A stretch of 64,000 bases of DNA from an uncultured Verrucomicrobiae bacterium (GCA_963706955.1 CAVPOC010000008.1:640001-704000), one strand, 5' to 3'; positions 1 through 9,584 are shown, counted from the stretch's first letter. Translations and numbers: made by a program. Notes: generated from the letters alone by a model not told the origin.

Positions 1-155
1 GCCTTTTTGCGAATGACCACGGCATCTTCCTTCGGGATAGTTCCCAAGGTGGCCATCGCCTCGCAGGCCAGAACTTCGATCTCGAGCCAAATCTCCAGCT
101 TGCGCTGTTCGCTCCAAAGCGAGCGCATTTGCGGCAAGGAATAGCGTTCGATCAC
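1..155 (-). CDS. purB: Adenylosuccinate lyase, N-terminal part (runs off the window edge)
   Basis: Manual translation from GTG at 155: MIERYSLPQMRSLWSEQRKLEIWLEIEVLACEAMATLGTIPKEDAVVIRKK, the typical PurB N-terminus. Confidence 0.9.
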   Translation of the reverse strand, partial: MIERYSLPQMRSLWSEQRKLEIWLEIEVLACEAMATLGTIPKEDAVVIRKK

Positions 156-207
156 CGCGCCAGCGTAGACCTCGGGAGGCGGCAAAGGCCAATGAAATTC
201 TCCGCGC

Positions 208-624
208 CTAGGACCTCCAGGAGAACGTCACCGCCTTCTCAATCTCCGGGTGAAGGCTAAGTGCCACTGGGCAATTGAGGGCAGCCTCCTCGAGAGTGGC
301 ACGGGAAGGGAGCGTCTCCGGCAAAGGAATTTCCAAGCTGACTTCAAGTCTTTGAATCCGCCGAGGCGGTTTTGCCGTCATGTGCTTTCGCACGATGGCG
401 CGCGTTCCCGAGAGATCGAGATTAAGCGAACGTTTCGCGGCGACGATCGCCATCGTCGTCAACATGCATACGCCCAGAGAGGTAGCGGCCAGGTCAGTCG
501 GACTGAAGGCTTCTCCCTTTCCCAAATTGTCCGTTGGAGCATCCGTGCAAAGCTCCGCTTGGGAGGGTTGGTGAATGGCGAAACAGTGGAGATCGCCTTC
601 GTATCTAACGGAGATTTCGACCAT
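208..624 (-). CDS. OsmC family protein
   Basis: TDAP..GKGEAFSPTDL...LGVC motif and C-terminal CPVALSL. Confidence 0.9.
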   Translation of the reverse strand: MVEISVRYEGDLHCFAIHQPSQAELCTDAPTDNLGKGEAFSPTDLAATSLGVCMLTTMAIVAAKRSLNLDLSGTRAIVRKHMTAKPPRRIQRLEVSLEIPLPETLPSRATLEEAALNCPVALSLHPEIEKAVTFSWRS

Positions 625-673
625 GCCCGAGCCTATTCCCTCGGGCGATCTTGCAAAGTGGAATTGGTGCGGC

Positions 674-856
674 TCAGGCCGCGACGCGCACGCGCTTTAA
701 GCGTCCGTGATTCTCGAGCAGAACACGTCCACTTTCAAAGAGGTCGACCACGGCGGCAAGAGTTTCGCGACTGTCGCGGGCGCAAGAAGACACAATGCTG
801 ATCAACTCGCCCAATGAATACTGCTTCCCGTTGATTTTACGATATGGATCTTTCAT
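674..856 (-). CDS. Small hypothetical protein (60 aa)
   Basis: ATG at 856 gives MKDPYRKINGKQYSLGELISIVSSCARDSRETLAAVVDLFESGRVLLENHGRLKRVRVAA; protein-like composition and fills the gap between same-strand genes. Confidence 0.6.
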   Translation of the reverse strand: MKDPYRKINGKQYSLGELISIVSSCARDSRETLAAVVDLFESGRVLLENHGRLKRVRVAA

Positions 857-967
857 GGCTATCCGCGAATAACGATGTTGCAGGATTAGACCCAGAAAGC
901 CGTTGTTTTGTTCAATTCTCAGCGAAGATATTGCGGGACTAACCGGGCGCCGCCGGCCCCTCTCCAA

Positions 968-3900
968 CTATTGGACGTGGCTGTATTGGCCGGCCTCCAG
1001 ACGACGCCAGAAGTCACTGGTTGGCTGATCGAGAGGATCCTGCGGTGATCGCAAAATTTTGAGCGTGCGATGAAAGCGCAGCGCATTCAGCGAGCTTTTA
1101 TCGGTAATGAGCATCGGACTCAGGGTCAACGATTCTAGAGGGAGCTTGAGCAAGGTTCGGAGGTTGATCGGATTGAGGCCGGCGAGATCGAGATATTGCA
1201 GCCGACGGCAAGCTCCAAGCGGCGCAAGGTCGGTGACCTGAGTGAACGAGAGATCGAGCTTGTCCAGGAGCGGCATTCCCCAGGCAAAATCTGCGTTCGC
1301 CACTTCCGAGAATGCCAGCGTGAGAGAACGCACGCGGAGGAAGCCTCGCGGATTTTGAGGAAGACGTTCCATCGGAGATTTCGAGAAATCCAGAGAATCC
1401 AGAGGCAGTGAAAAGATCGTCTGCCAATCGATACTCCTCGCTCCGATGACGGCGAGTCCCGAGACATCGATGTTGCGCAACGGGCTCAAGTCGTTCACCT
1501 CTTCGGCGCCCCAGATCAGCACATCGATGCGACCAAGGCGGTCGGTATCAATAAAGACCTGCAGACCGGCTGCATTGCGGCGAATCAAGTCCAGCGCGAC
1601 TTCGTTAGCTGTGAATCTTTGCCGAATCGGACCCGGAGCCTTGTTGGATGCGTGGCGCACGCTCGGCTTGCGATTGAACAATTCAAGAATGCTTCCAGCG
1701 GTTAGATTTTGGGCGACAGAAGACGCCAGCAGAACTTCGGCCCCCCTCAGGTATTTCTCCGAGCCGGCGTTGGCCATGGCCGTCGCCAACTCAAGCGCTT
1801 CGACCGGGCCCTCGATTTCGCTGGGAGTTTGATCGAGATTGACGGCCTGCCGAAAGCTGTCGACCGCCCGCTCAAACTCCATCAGCGCCCAATGCAATCT
1901 CCCCTTCAACATCCAGGCGGCGGACAGGTCGGGCTGGACGACCAATGCACGAGAAACACTGTTTAGCGCATCGGTCAAGCGATCGACAATCCGATCCGGC
2001 GTTCTTTCGAGGTTCCGGAGTTCTTCGGGAGAGAGTTCGGCGTCATAAATCCGAAGGGCTTCACTCAGAGCGCGCTCCGCCTCGGGTGCGGGCTCGGGCG
2101 CTGATTCACTGGAAACGGGTGCGACTGGGAGAGTCGACGTGCTCTCCGCCATCTGGATGTCGGCGATCTGTTGCTCGAGCTCTTCCGCGCGTCGCGCGGC
2201 GGCGCGCTCGACATTTTCGCGCCGCTCCAGCTCGGCTTGCGTTTCCACTAGCGCTTTCTCGCTTTGCGCCTGCGCATCTCTGGCCGCGCTTTGCGCTCGC
2301 TGCATTTCAGCCAAAGCCTGCTCGGCACGCGTCTGCTGCGATCTTGCCTCATCGGCTGCGATCTTCGCTTCCTCTTCCTTTCGATTGGCCGATTCCACCC
2401 GTTGCTCGGCCAGAAGGTATTGATCGTGGGCAGCCTTGAGCCGCGCGTTAAGAAAGTAGATGGAGACCAAGGCGCCCGCGACAATCACGAAAACGGATGC
2501 GCCGATCACTCCGGAGACGAGCTTGTTTCGCACGACAAGCTTTTTCAGCAAATCCACTGGAGAAACCGGCTTGGCGCTGATGAGTTCGCCTCGCCGATAG
2601 TGATCGATGTCCGCGCGCAAAGCAGCGACGCTGCGATAGCGCTCGGCGGGATCATTCCGCAGCGCCATTAAGGTGATGATCTCGAGATCGGGGTGAATCT
2701 GCGGGTTGAAATTGCGAAGCCGCGCGGGTTCGTGCGTCTTCAAGGCTTGCCCGTCATTGACGATATTTCCAGTAGCCTCGAAATGACGGCGTCCCGAGAG
2801 CATCTGATAAAGGATGGTGCCGATGCTGTAGACGTCAGCTCGCTCATCGACATCCTTGCTCGATTCAGCCTGCTCCGGCGCCATGTTTTCGAGTGTGCCG
2901 ACAACATGGCCGGTTAGTGAGAGCGACCGAGAACCCTCACTGCTTTTTAGCTTGGCAAGACCAAAATCAGCCACGAGCGGTTCCCCATCTTCGCGGAGCA
3001 GAATATTCCCCGGCTTTAGATCCCTGTGAAGAACGCCGTGTTCATGAGCAAACTGGACGGCGTCGCACACCTTCAAGACTAGGCTGAGCGTTTGCTCAAT
3101 CGGCAGGATCCGCGTTTCTTTTGGCCGCGGAGGTGGATCCGCTCCGTCAGGATTTGGATCGGACGCTGATCGTGCCGAGCGCACTGATCGGATAAGCTCT
3201 CGCAGGTCGCTCTCTCCGTTAGTGCCACTTGAAGGTTCACCGGGAGTCTTCTCATAGAGCAGGTCAGAAAGCGGAACACCGTCGACGAATTCCATCGCGA
3301 TGTACTGAATGCCATCGAATTCATTCAGTTCGTAGACACGGCAGATGTTGCGATGCGGCAGCCGCGCCATGATCTCCGCCTCACGTCGAAAACGCCTCAG
3401 CTGCCCTTCGGTGACTGTTTGACTGGAGTTGAGGATCTTGATGGCCAGGATGTTCCCGAAGCGATCATTCCCACGCCAGACGGTTCCCATCCCTCCTGTG
3501 CCAATTACCTCGATAAGCTTGTATTTACCAAGCGCCTGAGTCGCTTGAGTAGTAACGACATTGTCTTCACTTAGTTCGAAGGAATCGCTCACCAAAGCCG
3601 GCCGAACCACCCGAAGAACGGGCGTCGGCTGATCCCTCCCCGGAACACGGAACGACCAGAGGTAATCAAAGTACAATTCGGTGCGATCGGGGTCCTCCTG
3701 AACACCACGGCCCACCAGGTAGACAACTTTCCGGAGGTGTTCAGGGACCGGACTGATCTCCGTTTCCGACCAGTCGATGTCACTGGAATCAGGCTCGTGC
3801 TCGCTTTCGGCACGGATGTGCTGCCATCCTTCCGGAAGAGTTCGGAGCATGTGCGTCAAGGTATGCTCGGGAAGGAGTGCTTCTCCCGGGCGCGCCAGAT

Positions 3901-4708
3901 CACACAAGCGGGCGGCGAGATCGAGCGGAGCCCCGATTGCGGTGTAACGCTGCCAGATGGAAGTGCCAAATACACCCACGAGCGCATCGCCCGTCCAAAT
4001 TCCGCAGGAACAAGGCGGCAATTCCTTGCCTTCGCGATACAGCCTCGCGTGAAGCTGAGAAGCTCTATGAATCTGCTCGCAAGCAGCCAAAACTGCCCGC
4101 AAGGGATGATCGGAGTAATAGCGCGGCGCTCCGCTGATTCCAAGAACGGTATCGCGCGCCGTTTCGCCGACGGTGCCGCCAGCGTTGCGCACGGATTCAG
4201 ATGCCTCCTCAACGAATGAATCAATGATCAGCTTCATCTCCATCGGATCGAGGCGGAGAGCGAGCTGCGGCAGTCCGCGAAGTCGCGTGTAGGTGATGCT
4301 AAGATATCTTCGCTCCGGATGGCGAACTGTTCGCAGTTCCTCCTCGCTGAGCAGTTCCAGCGGTGTTCCGCTCGATTCGCGCAATTCGCTCGTGGCGAGG
4401 CCGACGGTTCCAATCTCATCCAAAATGATGTCGAGCGTTCCGCCGCTGGCATATACCTGGGCTTCGAAGATTCTTCCGTCTGCATCCGTGACCAGACGGT
4501 TGCTGGTGCGACCGGATGGGGGACGTGCGAAGCACTCAGGAATCTCGCCACCGCAAAGCCGCGAAACCTCCTCTAGAGATGAGCCCATCAGGTTGCGTTT
4601 CGGCGTCCTCAGATAAGCCGCCAGAGCATCGTTCGCGTAGATGATGACGTCGTCGATCGAAACTCGTGCGATCATCGTGCGCAGCGGAGCGCTCTGAACG
4701 GCTGACAT
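968..4708 (-). CDS. Multidomain membrane Ser/Thr kinase: PAS-like, class III cyclase-like, Hanks kinase, TM helix, coiled coil, TPR-like, LRR
   Basis: Kinase motifs IGTGGMGTV, AIKIL, HRDLKPGN, DFG, APE, DVYSIG; cyclase-like GIWTGDALVG...RYTAIGAPLDLAARL; TM LVSGVIGASVFVIVAGALVSIYFL; LRR LDKLDLSFTQVTDLAPL. Confidence 0.88.
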   Translation of the reverse strand: MSAVQSAPLRTMIARVSIDDVIIYANDALAAYLRTPKRNLMGSSLEEVSRLCGGEIPECFARPPSGRTSNRLVTDADGRIFEAQVYASGGTLDIILDEIGTVGLATSELRESSGTPLELLSEEELRTVRHPERRYLSITYTRLRGLPQLALRLDPMEMKLIIDSFVEEASESVRNAGGTVGETARDTVLGISGAPRYYSDHPLRAVLAACEQIHRASQLHARLYREGKELPPCSCGIWTGDALVGVFGTSIWQRYTAIGAPLDLAARLCDLARPGEALLPEHTLTHMLRTLPEGWQHIRAESEHEPDSSDIDWSETEISPVPEHLRKVVYLVGRGVQEDPDRTELYFDYLWSFRVPGRDQPTPVLRVVRPALVSDSFELSEDNVVTTQATQALGKYKLIEVIGTGGMGTVWRGNDRFGNILAIKILNSSQTVTEGQLRRFRREAEIMARLPHRNICRVYELNEFDGIQYIAMEFVDGVPLSDLLYEKTPGEPSSGTNGESDLRELIRSVRSARSASDPNPDGADPPPRPKETRILPIEQTLSLVLKVCDAVQFAHEHGVLHRDLKPGNILLREDGEPLVADFGLAKLKSSEGSRSLSLTGHVVGTLENMAPEQAESSKDVDERADVYSIGTILYQMLSGRRHFEATGNIVNDGQALKTHEPARLRNFNPQIHPDLEIITLMALRNDPAERYRSVAALRADIDHYRRGELISAKPVSPVDLLKKLVVRNKLVSGVIGASVFVIVAGALVSIYFLNARLKAAHDQYLLAEQRVESANRKEEEAKIAADEARSQQTRAEQALAEMQRAQSAARDAQAQSEKALVETQAELERRENVERAAARRAEELEQQIADIQMAESTSTLPVAPVSSESAPEPAPEAERALSEALRIYDAELSPEELRNLERTPDRIVDRLTDALNSVSRALVVQPDLSAAWMLKGRLHWALMEFERAVDSFRQAVNLDQTPSEIEGPVEALELATAMANAGSEKYLRGAEVLLASSVAQNLTAGSILELFNRKPSVRHASNKAPGPIRQRFTANEVALDLIRRNAAGLQVFIDTDRLGRIDVLIWGAEEVNDLSPLRNIDVSGLAVIGARSIDWQTIFSLPLDSLDFSKSPMERLPQNPRGFLRVRSLTLAFSEVANADFAWGMPLLDKLDLSFTQVTDLAPLGACRRLQYLDLAGLNPINLRTLLKLPLESLTLSPMLITDKSSLNALRFHRTLKILRSPQDPLDQPTSDFWRRLEAGQYSHVQ

Positions 4709-4791
4709 GGGAAAATATCTTGTAACGGCTTTCCCTGGGCTCGCGCAATCCCGTTGAAAATCATACAGGCTTGGAGTAGCAACGAAAGCTC

Positions 4792-6576
4792 GTGTTCATC
4801 TACGCCCGAGCACTTCGTTATTTTCGCCCTTATCTTTGGCCGACGCTTGGAGGCGTGGTTCTCACTTTCGTAGCGATCATTGTCAATTCGCTCAAGCCGT
4901 GGCCCTTCAAGTATATCGTTGATGGAGTGTTGCCATCCGATGCCACGCACGGCACCGAAGAGGCGCGTGCATTCATCAGACATTGGTTCGGCTCTGCTCC
5001 GCTGGAACAGGTCGCCTTTTGGCTCTGCCTTATTCTCGTGATCGTGACCGTGCTCGGCGGCCTGATCACCCTCGTCAGCAATTATCTTTTCATCAGGGTG
5101 GGTCTAAACGCCTTGCTCCGCCTGCGAACGGATCTCTACGCGTGCCTGCAATCTCTACCTCTCAAGTACCACGACTCCCGCCGCAGCTCGGACTCCAGTT
5201 TTCGTGTGGCATACGATTCGCAGAGCATTCAAACGATCTACAATCGAGGTTTTGCCACCATCCTGAGCTCGTTCGTCATGTTAATCTGGACCTTTGCGAT
5301 CATGGTGTGGATGAACTGGCCGTTGGCCTTGACTTCGTTGGCGGTTCTTCCATTTGTGACCTTTGCGATCGGCTACTTTGCGGACCGGGTTCGTCGGCAG
5401 TCTACCACCATCCAGGAACGCGAAAGCGACCTGCTTGCGCTGACCCAGGAAGGCATCAGTCAGATTCGCATGGTGCATGCATTTGCCCGCGAATCCTTTG
5501 AGCTCCGGCAGTTTCGCAAGCGAGCCGCGCGAAGTCTGGAAGCTGGGCTGCGCTTTAATATCACCTCGATCGTGAGCTCGCTCGTGGTTGGCTCCCTGAT
5601 GGCAACGGGCACCGCTCTCATGTACTACGTGGGAGCACGTCAAGTCCTCGCCGGCGCTCTCACCCTTGGAGACTTGACCGTTTTTGCCGCTTACCTTCTC
5701 ATGCTCTATCAGCCGATGGAGCAACTCAGCTACACGGCGTGGGCAATGGAAGGTGCCGCTGCCGGTGCGGCGCGCTGCTTCGAGGTGCTCGACCGGGAGG
5801 ATGACGTTCCAGATGCTCCCCATGCCAAGCCGATTGAAAAGGTTCGTAGCGAGATTTCCTTCCGCGATGTGAGCTTTGGCTACTCGCACGATCGCCTCAT
5901 CTTAAGAGACATCAACTTATCGATCGCCGCCGGGGAAAGCGTTGCCTTCGTTGGCGGAACTGGCGCCGGGAAGAGCACGTTGCTGAGCCTGGTCCCGCGC
6001 TTTTATGACCCTACCTCCGGCGCGGTCCTCATCGATGGCCGCAACTTGCGTGACCTGACGAAAAAGTCGGTTCGCTTGCAGATTGGAATGGTCTTGCAGG
6101 ATACGATCCTCTTCTCAACGACCATCAAGGAAAACATAGCTTACGGCCGGCCCGGGGCGACCGACGAACAGATCATCGAGGCTGCCCAGCGAGCTCAAGC
6201 CTACGATTTTATCATGAACATGCCCCATGGGTTCGCCAGTGCGGTGGGCGAAAGAGGGGGCCATCTGAGCGTGGGTCAACGACAGCGCATCGGGATCGCC
6301 CGAGCTTTTCTCAAGAATGCCCCTATCCTTCTGCTGGATGAACCGACCAGTGCTCTCGATCCTAGTACCGAACACGCGATTATGGAGACCATTGGCGAGC
6401 TCATGCGAGGGCGCACGACTCTCATTATCACCCATCGCCTCGCCACGGTCCATTTACTCGGGCGGATCGTAGTCCTGGAAAATGGAACCGTTGCTGAACA
6501 GGGAACTGGTCCCGAACTCCTCCAAAGGGCAGGTCCCTATGCGCGCCTCTATCAAGCGGCGCAATATTCACGTTAA
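4792..6576 (+). CDS. ABC exporter, fused permease and ATP-binding domains (MsbA-like)
   Basis: N-terminal TM domain; Walker A GGTGAGKST, signature LSVGQRQR, Walker B LLLDE. Confidence 0.93.
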   Translation: MFIYARALRYFRPYLWPTLGGVVLTFVAIIVNSLKPWPFKYIVDGVLPSDATHGTEEARAFIRHWFGSAPLEQVAFWLCLILVIVTVLGGLITLVSNYLFIRVGLNALLRLRTDLYACLQSLPLKYHDSRRSSDSSFRVAYDSQSIQTIYNRGFATILSSFVMLIWTFAIMVWMNWPLALTSLAVLPFVTFAIGYFADRVRRQSTTIQERESDLLALTQEGISQIRMVHAFARESFELRQFRKRAARSLEAGLRFNITSIVSSLVVGSLMATGTALMYYVGARQVLAGALTLGDLTVFAAYLLMLYQPMEQLSYTAWAMEGAAAGAARCFEVLDREDDVPDAPHAKPIEKVRSEISFRDVSFGYSHDRLILRDINLSIAAGESVAFVGGTGAGKSTLLSLVPRFYDPTSGAVLIDGRNLRDLTKKSVRLQIGMVLQDTILFSTTIKENIAYGRPGATDEQIIEAAQRAQAYDFIMNMPHGFASAVGERGGHLSVGQRQRIGIARAFLKNAPILLLDEPTSALDPSTEHAIMETIGELMRGRTTLIITHRLATVHLLGRIVVLENGTVAEQGTGPELLQRAGPYARLYQAAQYSR

Positions 6577-6608
6577 CGGCACGCTCGCTTGGTTAACGGC
6601 ATGGGCTG

Positions 6609-6983
6609 TCAGTCCAACCCCCGATCTTCAAGGTCCTGCTCGTCCCAGCCAAGAACGTGGCCGATTTCGTGAAGCAAAGTGGTTCGCACTTCCGCTCGAA
6701 AGCTGGCGAGGTCACCTTCAGCGATCTCCCAAAGGTTTTCCAGCCAGAGGCGAATGCGAGGGGCCGGAGAGGCTGCGGCGCCGGCCCCCTCCTCAAAGAT
6801 CCCCAAGGTATCAGCCTCAACGCCGGCGGCAATGTCGTCGGCGTCAGGTCGCCGTTCCAGAAAAACTGGAACTCTCTCTAGGATCGCGCGAACATCGCTT
6901 GGAAGTTCCCAGATGGCTGCGTCAACCTCGACTCGCGCCATCTTCAAGAGCGTCGAGTGATTCATCTCCTTCGGCGTTGGCAT
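6609..6983 (-). CDS. Zincin-like metallopeptidase family protein
   Basis: EVRTTLLHEIGHVLG (HExxH), TLGIFEG, RIRLWLENL; start trimmed to ATG 6983 to avoid overlap with zwf. Confidence 0.82.
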   Translation of the reverse strand: MPTPKEMNHSTLLKMARVEVDAAIWELPSDVRAILERVPVFLERRPDADDIAAGVEADTLGIFEEGAGAAASPAPRIRLWLENLWEIAEGDLASFRAEVRTTLLHEIGHVLGWDEQDLEDRGLD

Positions 6984-7011
6984 AAGTCTGGCCTTCGGGT
7001 ATTGATAACCA

Positions 7012-8544
7012 ATGCCAGACACAACTGAAGTCAATCCTCTACGTGAGGGTTTAACCAGCCGCATCATGCCAGATCCCTGTGCCGTGGTGATCTTCGGAGC
7101 AACTGGTGACCTGACTCATCGCAAGCTCGTTCCGGCGCTCTATAATCTCGCAGCCGATGGAGCGCTTCCGCCGACGGTCAGTGTCGTCGGATTCGCTCGC
7201 CGCGATAAGACCGATGAGGTCTTTCGTCGGGAGCTTGAGGAGGCTGCCCGGAAGTTCTCCCGCCAGAAGATCAGCGATGATTTGTGGGCCGTTTTCGCCT
7301 CTTCAATCTTTTACCACCGAAGCGAGTTCGACTCCCTGGAAGGGTATCAATCCCTTGCCAAACGTCTCGACGAATTGGATGGGCAACGGGGAACTCGTGG
7401 AAACCGCCTTTATTATCTCTCTGCCGGACCGGACCAATTTCCGATTATCCTGGAAAATTTGCGTGAGAGCGGACTCAACAAGGCGCGGCAGGGAAGTTGG
7501 ACGCGCGCGATCGTCGAGAAGCCCTTCGGGACCGATCTGCCCAGCGCTCAGCGGCTTAACGAATTGGTTAAAGAAGCCTTTTCGGAAAAAGACACCTTTC
7601 GGATCGATCACTACCTCGGCAAGGAGACCGCGCAGAACATTATGGTTATGCGCTTCGCGAACGCCATCTTCGAGCAGCTTTGGAATGCCCGTTATATCGA
7701 CCACGTGCAGATTACTGCGAGTGAAGGCCTTGGTGTCGAAGGTCGAGCCGGCTATTATGATAAATCGGGAGCCATCCGCGACATGGTCCAAAACCACTTG
7801 CTGCAGCTCCTTTGTCTTACGGCTATGGAGCCGCCCGCCGGGCTCGATGCGGATGCCGTCCGCGACGAGAAGGTCAAGGTGCTGAAGACGCTCCGACCGA
7901 TTCGCGGGCAGGATGTCCGCCAACATGTCGTGCGCGCTCAGTATGGCGCTGGCACTGTGAACGGCAAGCGGGTGCCCGCTTACCGCGACGAACAAAATAT
8001 CAAAATGGATTCCACGACCGAGACGTATGTGGCTCTCCACATCAATGTCGACAATTGGCGATGGGCCGGGGTGCCGTTCTTCGTGCGAGTCGGAAAGCGC
8101 TTGCCCAAGGCCAGCACGGAGATAGCCATCCAATTCAAGTCGGCTCCGGCGGTCCTCTTCAACGTCGATGGCCAGACCATTGATCCCAATGCCCTCGTCA
8201 TCCGCATTCAGCCCGACGAAGGTGTCGCCCTGCGCATGAGCTCCAAGATGCCCGGCTCGAGTCTCCGGATTGAACCGGTCAAGATGGATTTCCACTACGG
8301 GACGAGCTTCGGAAAGGCCACTCCCGAGGCTTACGAGCGGCTCCTGCTCGATGCGATGAGCGGCGATGCGACCCTCTTCGCCCGACGCGACGAGGTCGAG
8401 GAGGCTTGGAAGTTCGTGGACGCTATCAGAGCCGAATGGGAAAAGAACGGCGACGACCTTGCGCTCTACGCATCCGGCACCTGGGGCCCCACCGAAGCCG
8501 ACGACCTTATCAAGCGCTTCGGCGCAACCTGGAGGCGCCTGTGA
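7012..8544 (+). CDS. zwf: Glucose-6-phosphate 1-dehydrogenase
   Basis: GATGDL, EKPFG, RIDHYLGKE, RDMVQNH motifs. Confidence 0.97.
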   Translation: MPDTTEVNPLREGLTSRIMPDPCAVVIFGATGDLTHRKLVPALYNLAADGALPPTVSVVGFARRDKTDEVFRRELEEAARKFSRQKISDDLWAVFASSIFYHRSEFDSLEGYQSLAKRLDELDGQRGTRGNRLYYLSAGPDQFPIILENLRESGLNKARQGSWTRAIVEKPFGTDLPSAQRLNELVKEAFSEKDTFRIDHYLGKETAQNIMVMRFANAIFEQLWNARYIDHVQITASEGLGVEGRAGYYDKSGAIRDMVQNHLLQLLCLTAMEPPAGLDADAVRDEKVKVLKTLRPIRGQDVRQHVVRAQYGAGTVNGKRVPAYRDEQNIKMDSTTETYVALHINVDNWRWAGVPFFVRVGKRLPKASTEIAIQFKSAPAVLFNVDGQTIDPNALVIRIQPDEGVALRMSSKMPGSSLRIEPVKMDFHYGTSFGKATPEAYERLLLDAMSGDATLFARRDEVEEAWKFVDAIRAEWEKNGDDLALYASGTWGPTEADDLIKRFGATWRRL

Positions 8545-9584
8545 ACGCCACAGAACAAGCTACCATCGAAGCTGGCTTCCCCGTGGAGATCGGCAGAATC
8601 GACAAGGAGCTGGGAAAATTATGGGACGAGGTCGGGGATACCAAAACGCGTGCTTCCCTCGTCAATTTGGCCATCTTCACGGAGGATGCCAACTCTGTCG
8701 CTGCTAACACGGAGCTGATTTCAAAGATCGCTAGCCAATACGCCTGTCGGGCGCTCCTCATCTTCGCCAATCCTGCGGCTACTCAGCCAGGGGCCAAGGC
8801 ATGGATCAACGCCCACTGCCATTTGGCGGGCAAAGGCGAACGACAGATTTGCTCAGAGCAGATCACCTTTCAACTCGACGGCGAACTGGTTAGTGCCCTG
8901 CCGAACATCGTCTTCTCTCACCTTGATTCTGACTTGCCGCTCTATTTTTGGTGGCAAGGCGAATTTCGCGAACCTCTCGACAAAAAGCTCTGGGGCTGGG
9001 TGGACCGATTGATTTACGATAGCGCCGAATGGAATACTCCGACGGAGCAGTTTCAGCTGGTCAGAAAAATCCGCTCCCTGACCGAAGTGCGGACGATTTT
9101 GTGTGACTTGAATTGGACCCGGCTGATCGGATCCCGCTTCGCCTTGGCTCAGCTCTTCGATCATTCGTGCGCGCTGGCACGCGTAGGGAAAATCCAAAAG
9201 GTGTCGATTTCTTGCGCCAATCACACCGCCGGTCTTCTTTTGCTCGGTTGGCTGGCTGCTCAACTCGGCTGGAAATTGCAGCCGACAAAGGATTTTTTTA
9301 TTTCCGGCACTGGCAGACGCATCGATTTCGAGATTCAGACAACTGGAGGTCCGATCCTGACCAGATGCGCTTTCGACTGCGAGGATGCCACGCTCGAGAT
9401 CTGGCGCGAACCGAACTCCGAATACTTTCAGGCGCGCGTTGGCTGCGAAGGTATCTCCGATGCGGTGATGCTGGTCCCAGCGGGCAGAAGTGAACCGGCC
9501 GACATTCTCGTGACTGAGCTGAGTCGCGGCGGCAACCACCCTCTTTACAGAAAAAGTCTCGCCGCCATCGATGCCCTCTTCTAG
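8541..9584 (+). CDS. opcA: G6PD assembly protein OpcA
   Basis: GTG overlapping the zwf stop; TRASLVNL, ICSEQITF, DLPLYFWWQG, DRLIYDS, DLNWTRL. Confidence 0.88.
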   Translation: MNATEQATIEAGFPVEIGRIDKELGKLWDEVGDTKTRASLVNLAIFTEDANSVAANTELISKIASQYACRALLIFANPAATQPGAKAWINAHCHLAGKGERQICSEQITFQLDGELVSALPNIVFSHLDSDLPLYFWWQGEFREPLDKKLWGWVDRLIYDSAEWNTPTEQFQLVRKIRSLTEVRTILCDLNWTRLIGSRFALAQLFDHSCALARVGKIQKVSISCANHTAGLLLLGWLAAQLGWKLQPTKDFFISGTGRRIDFEIQTTGGPILTRCAFDCEDATLEIWREPNSEYFQARVGCEGISDAVMLVPAGRSEPADILVTELSRGGNHPLYRKSLAAIDALF

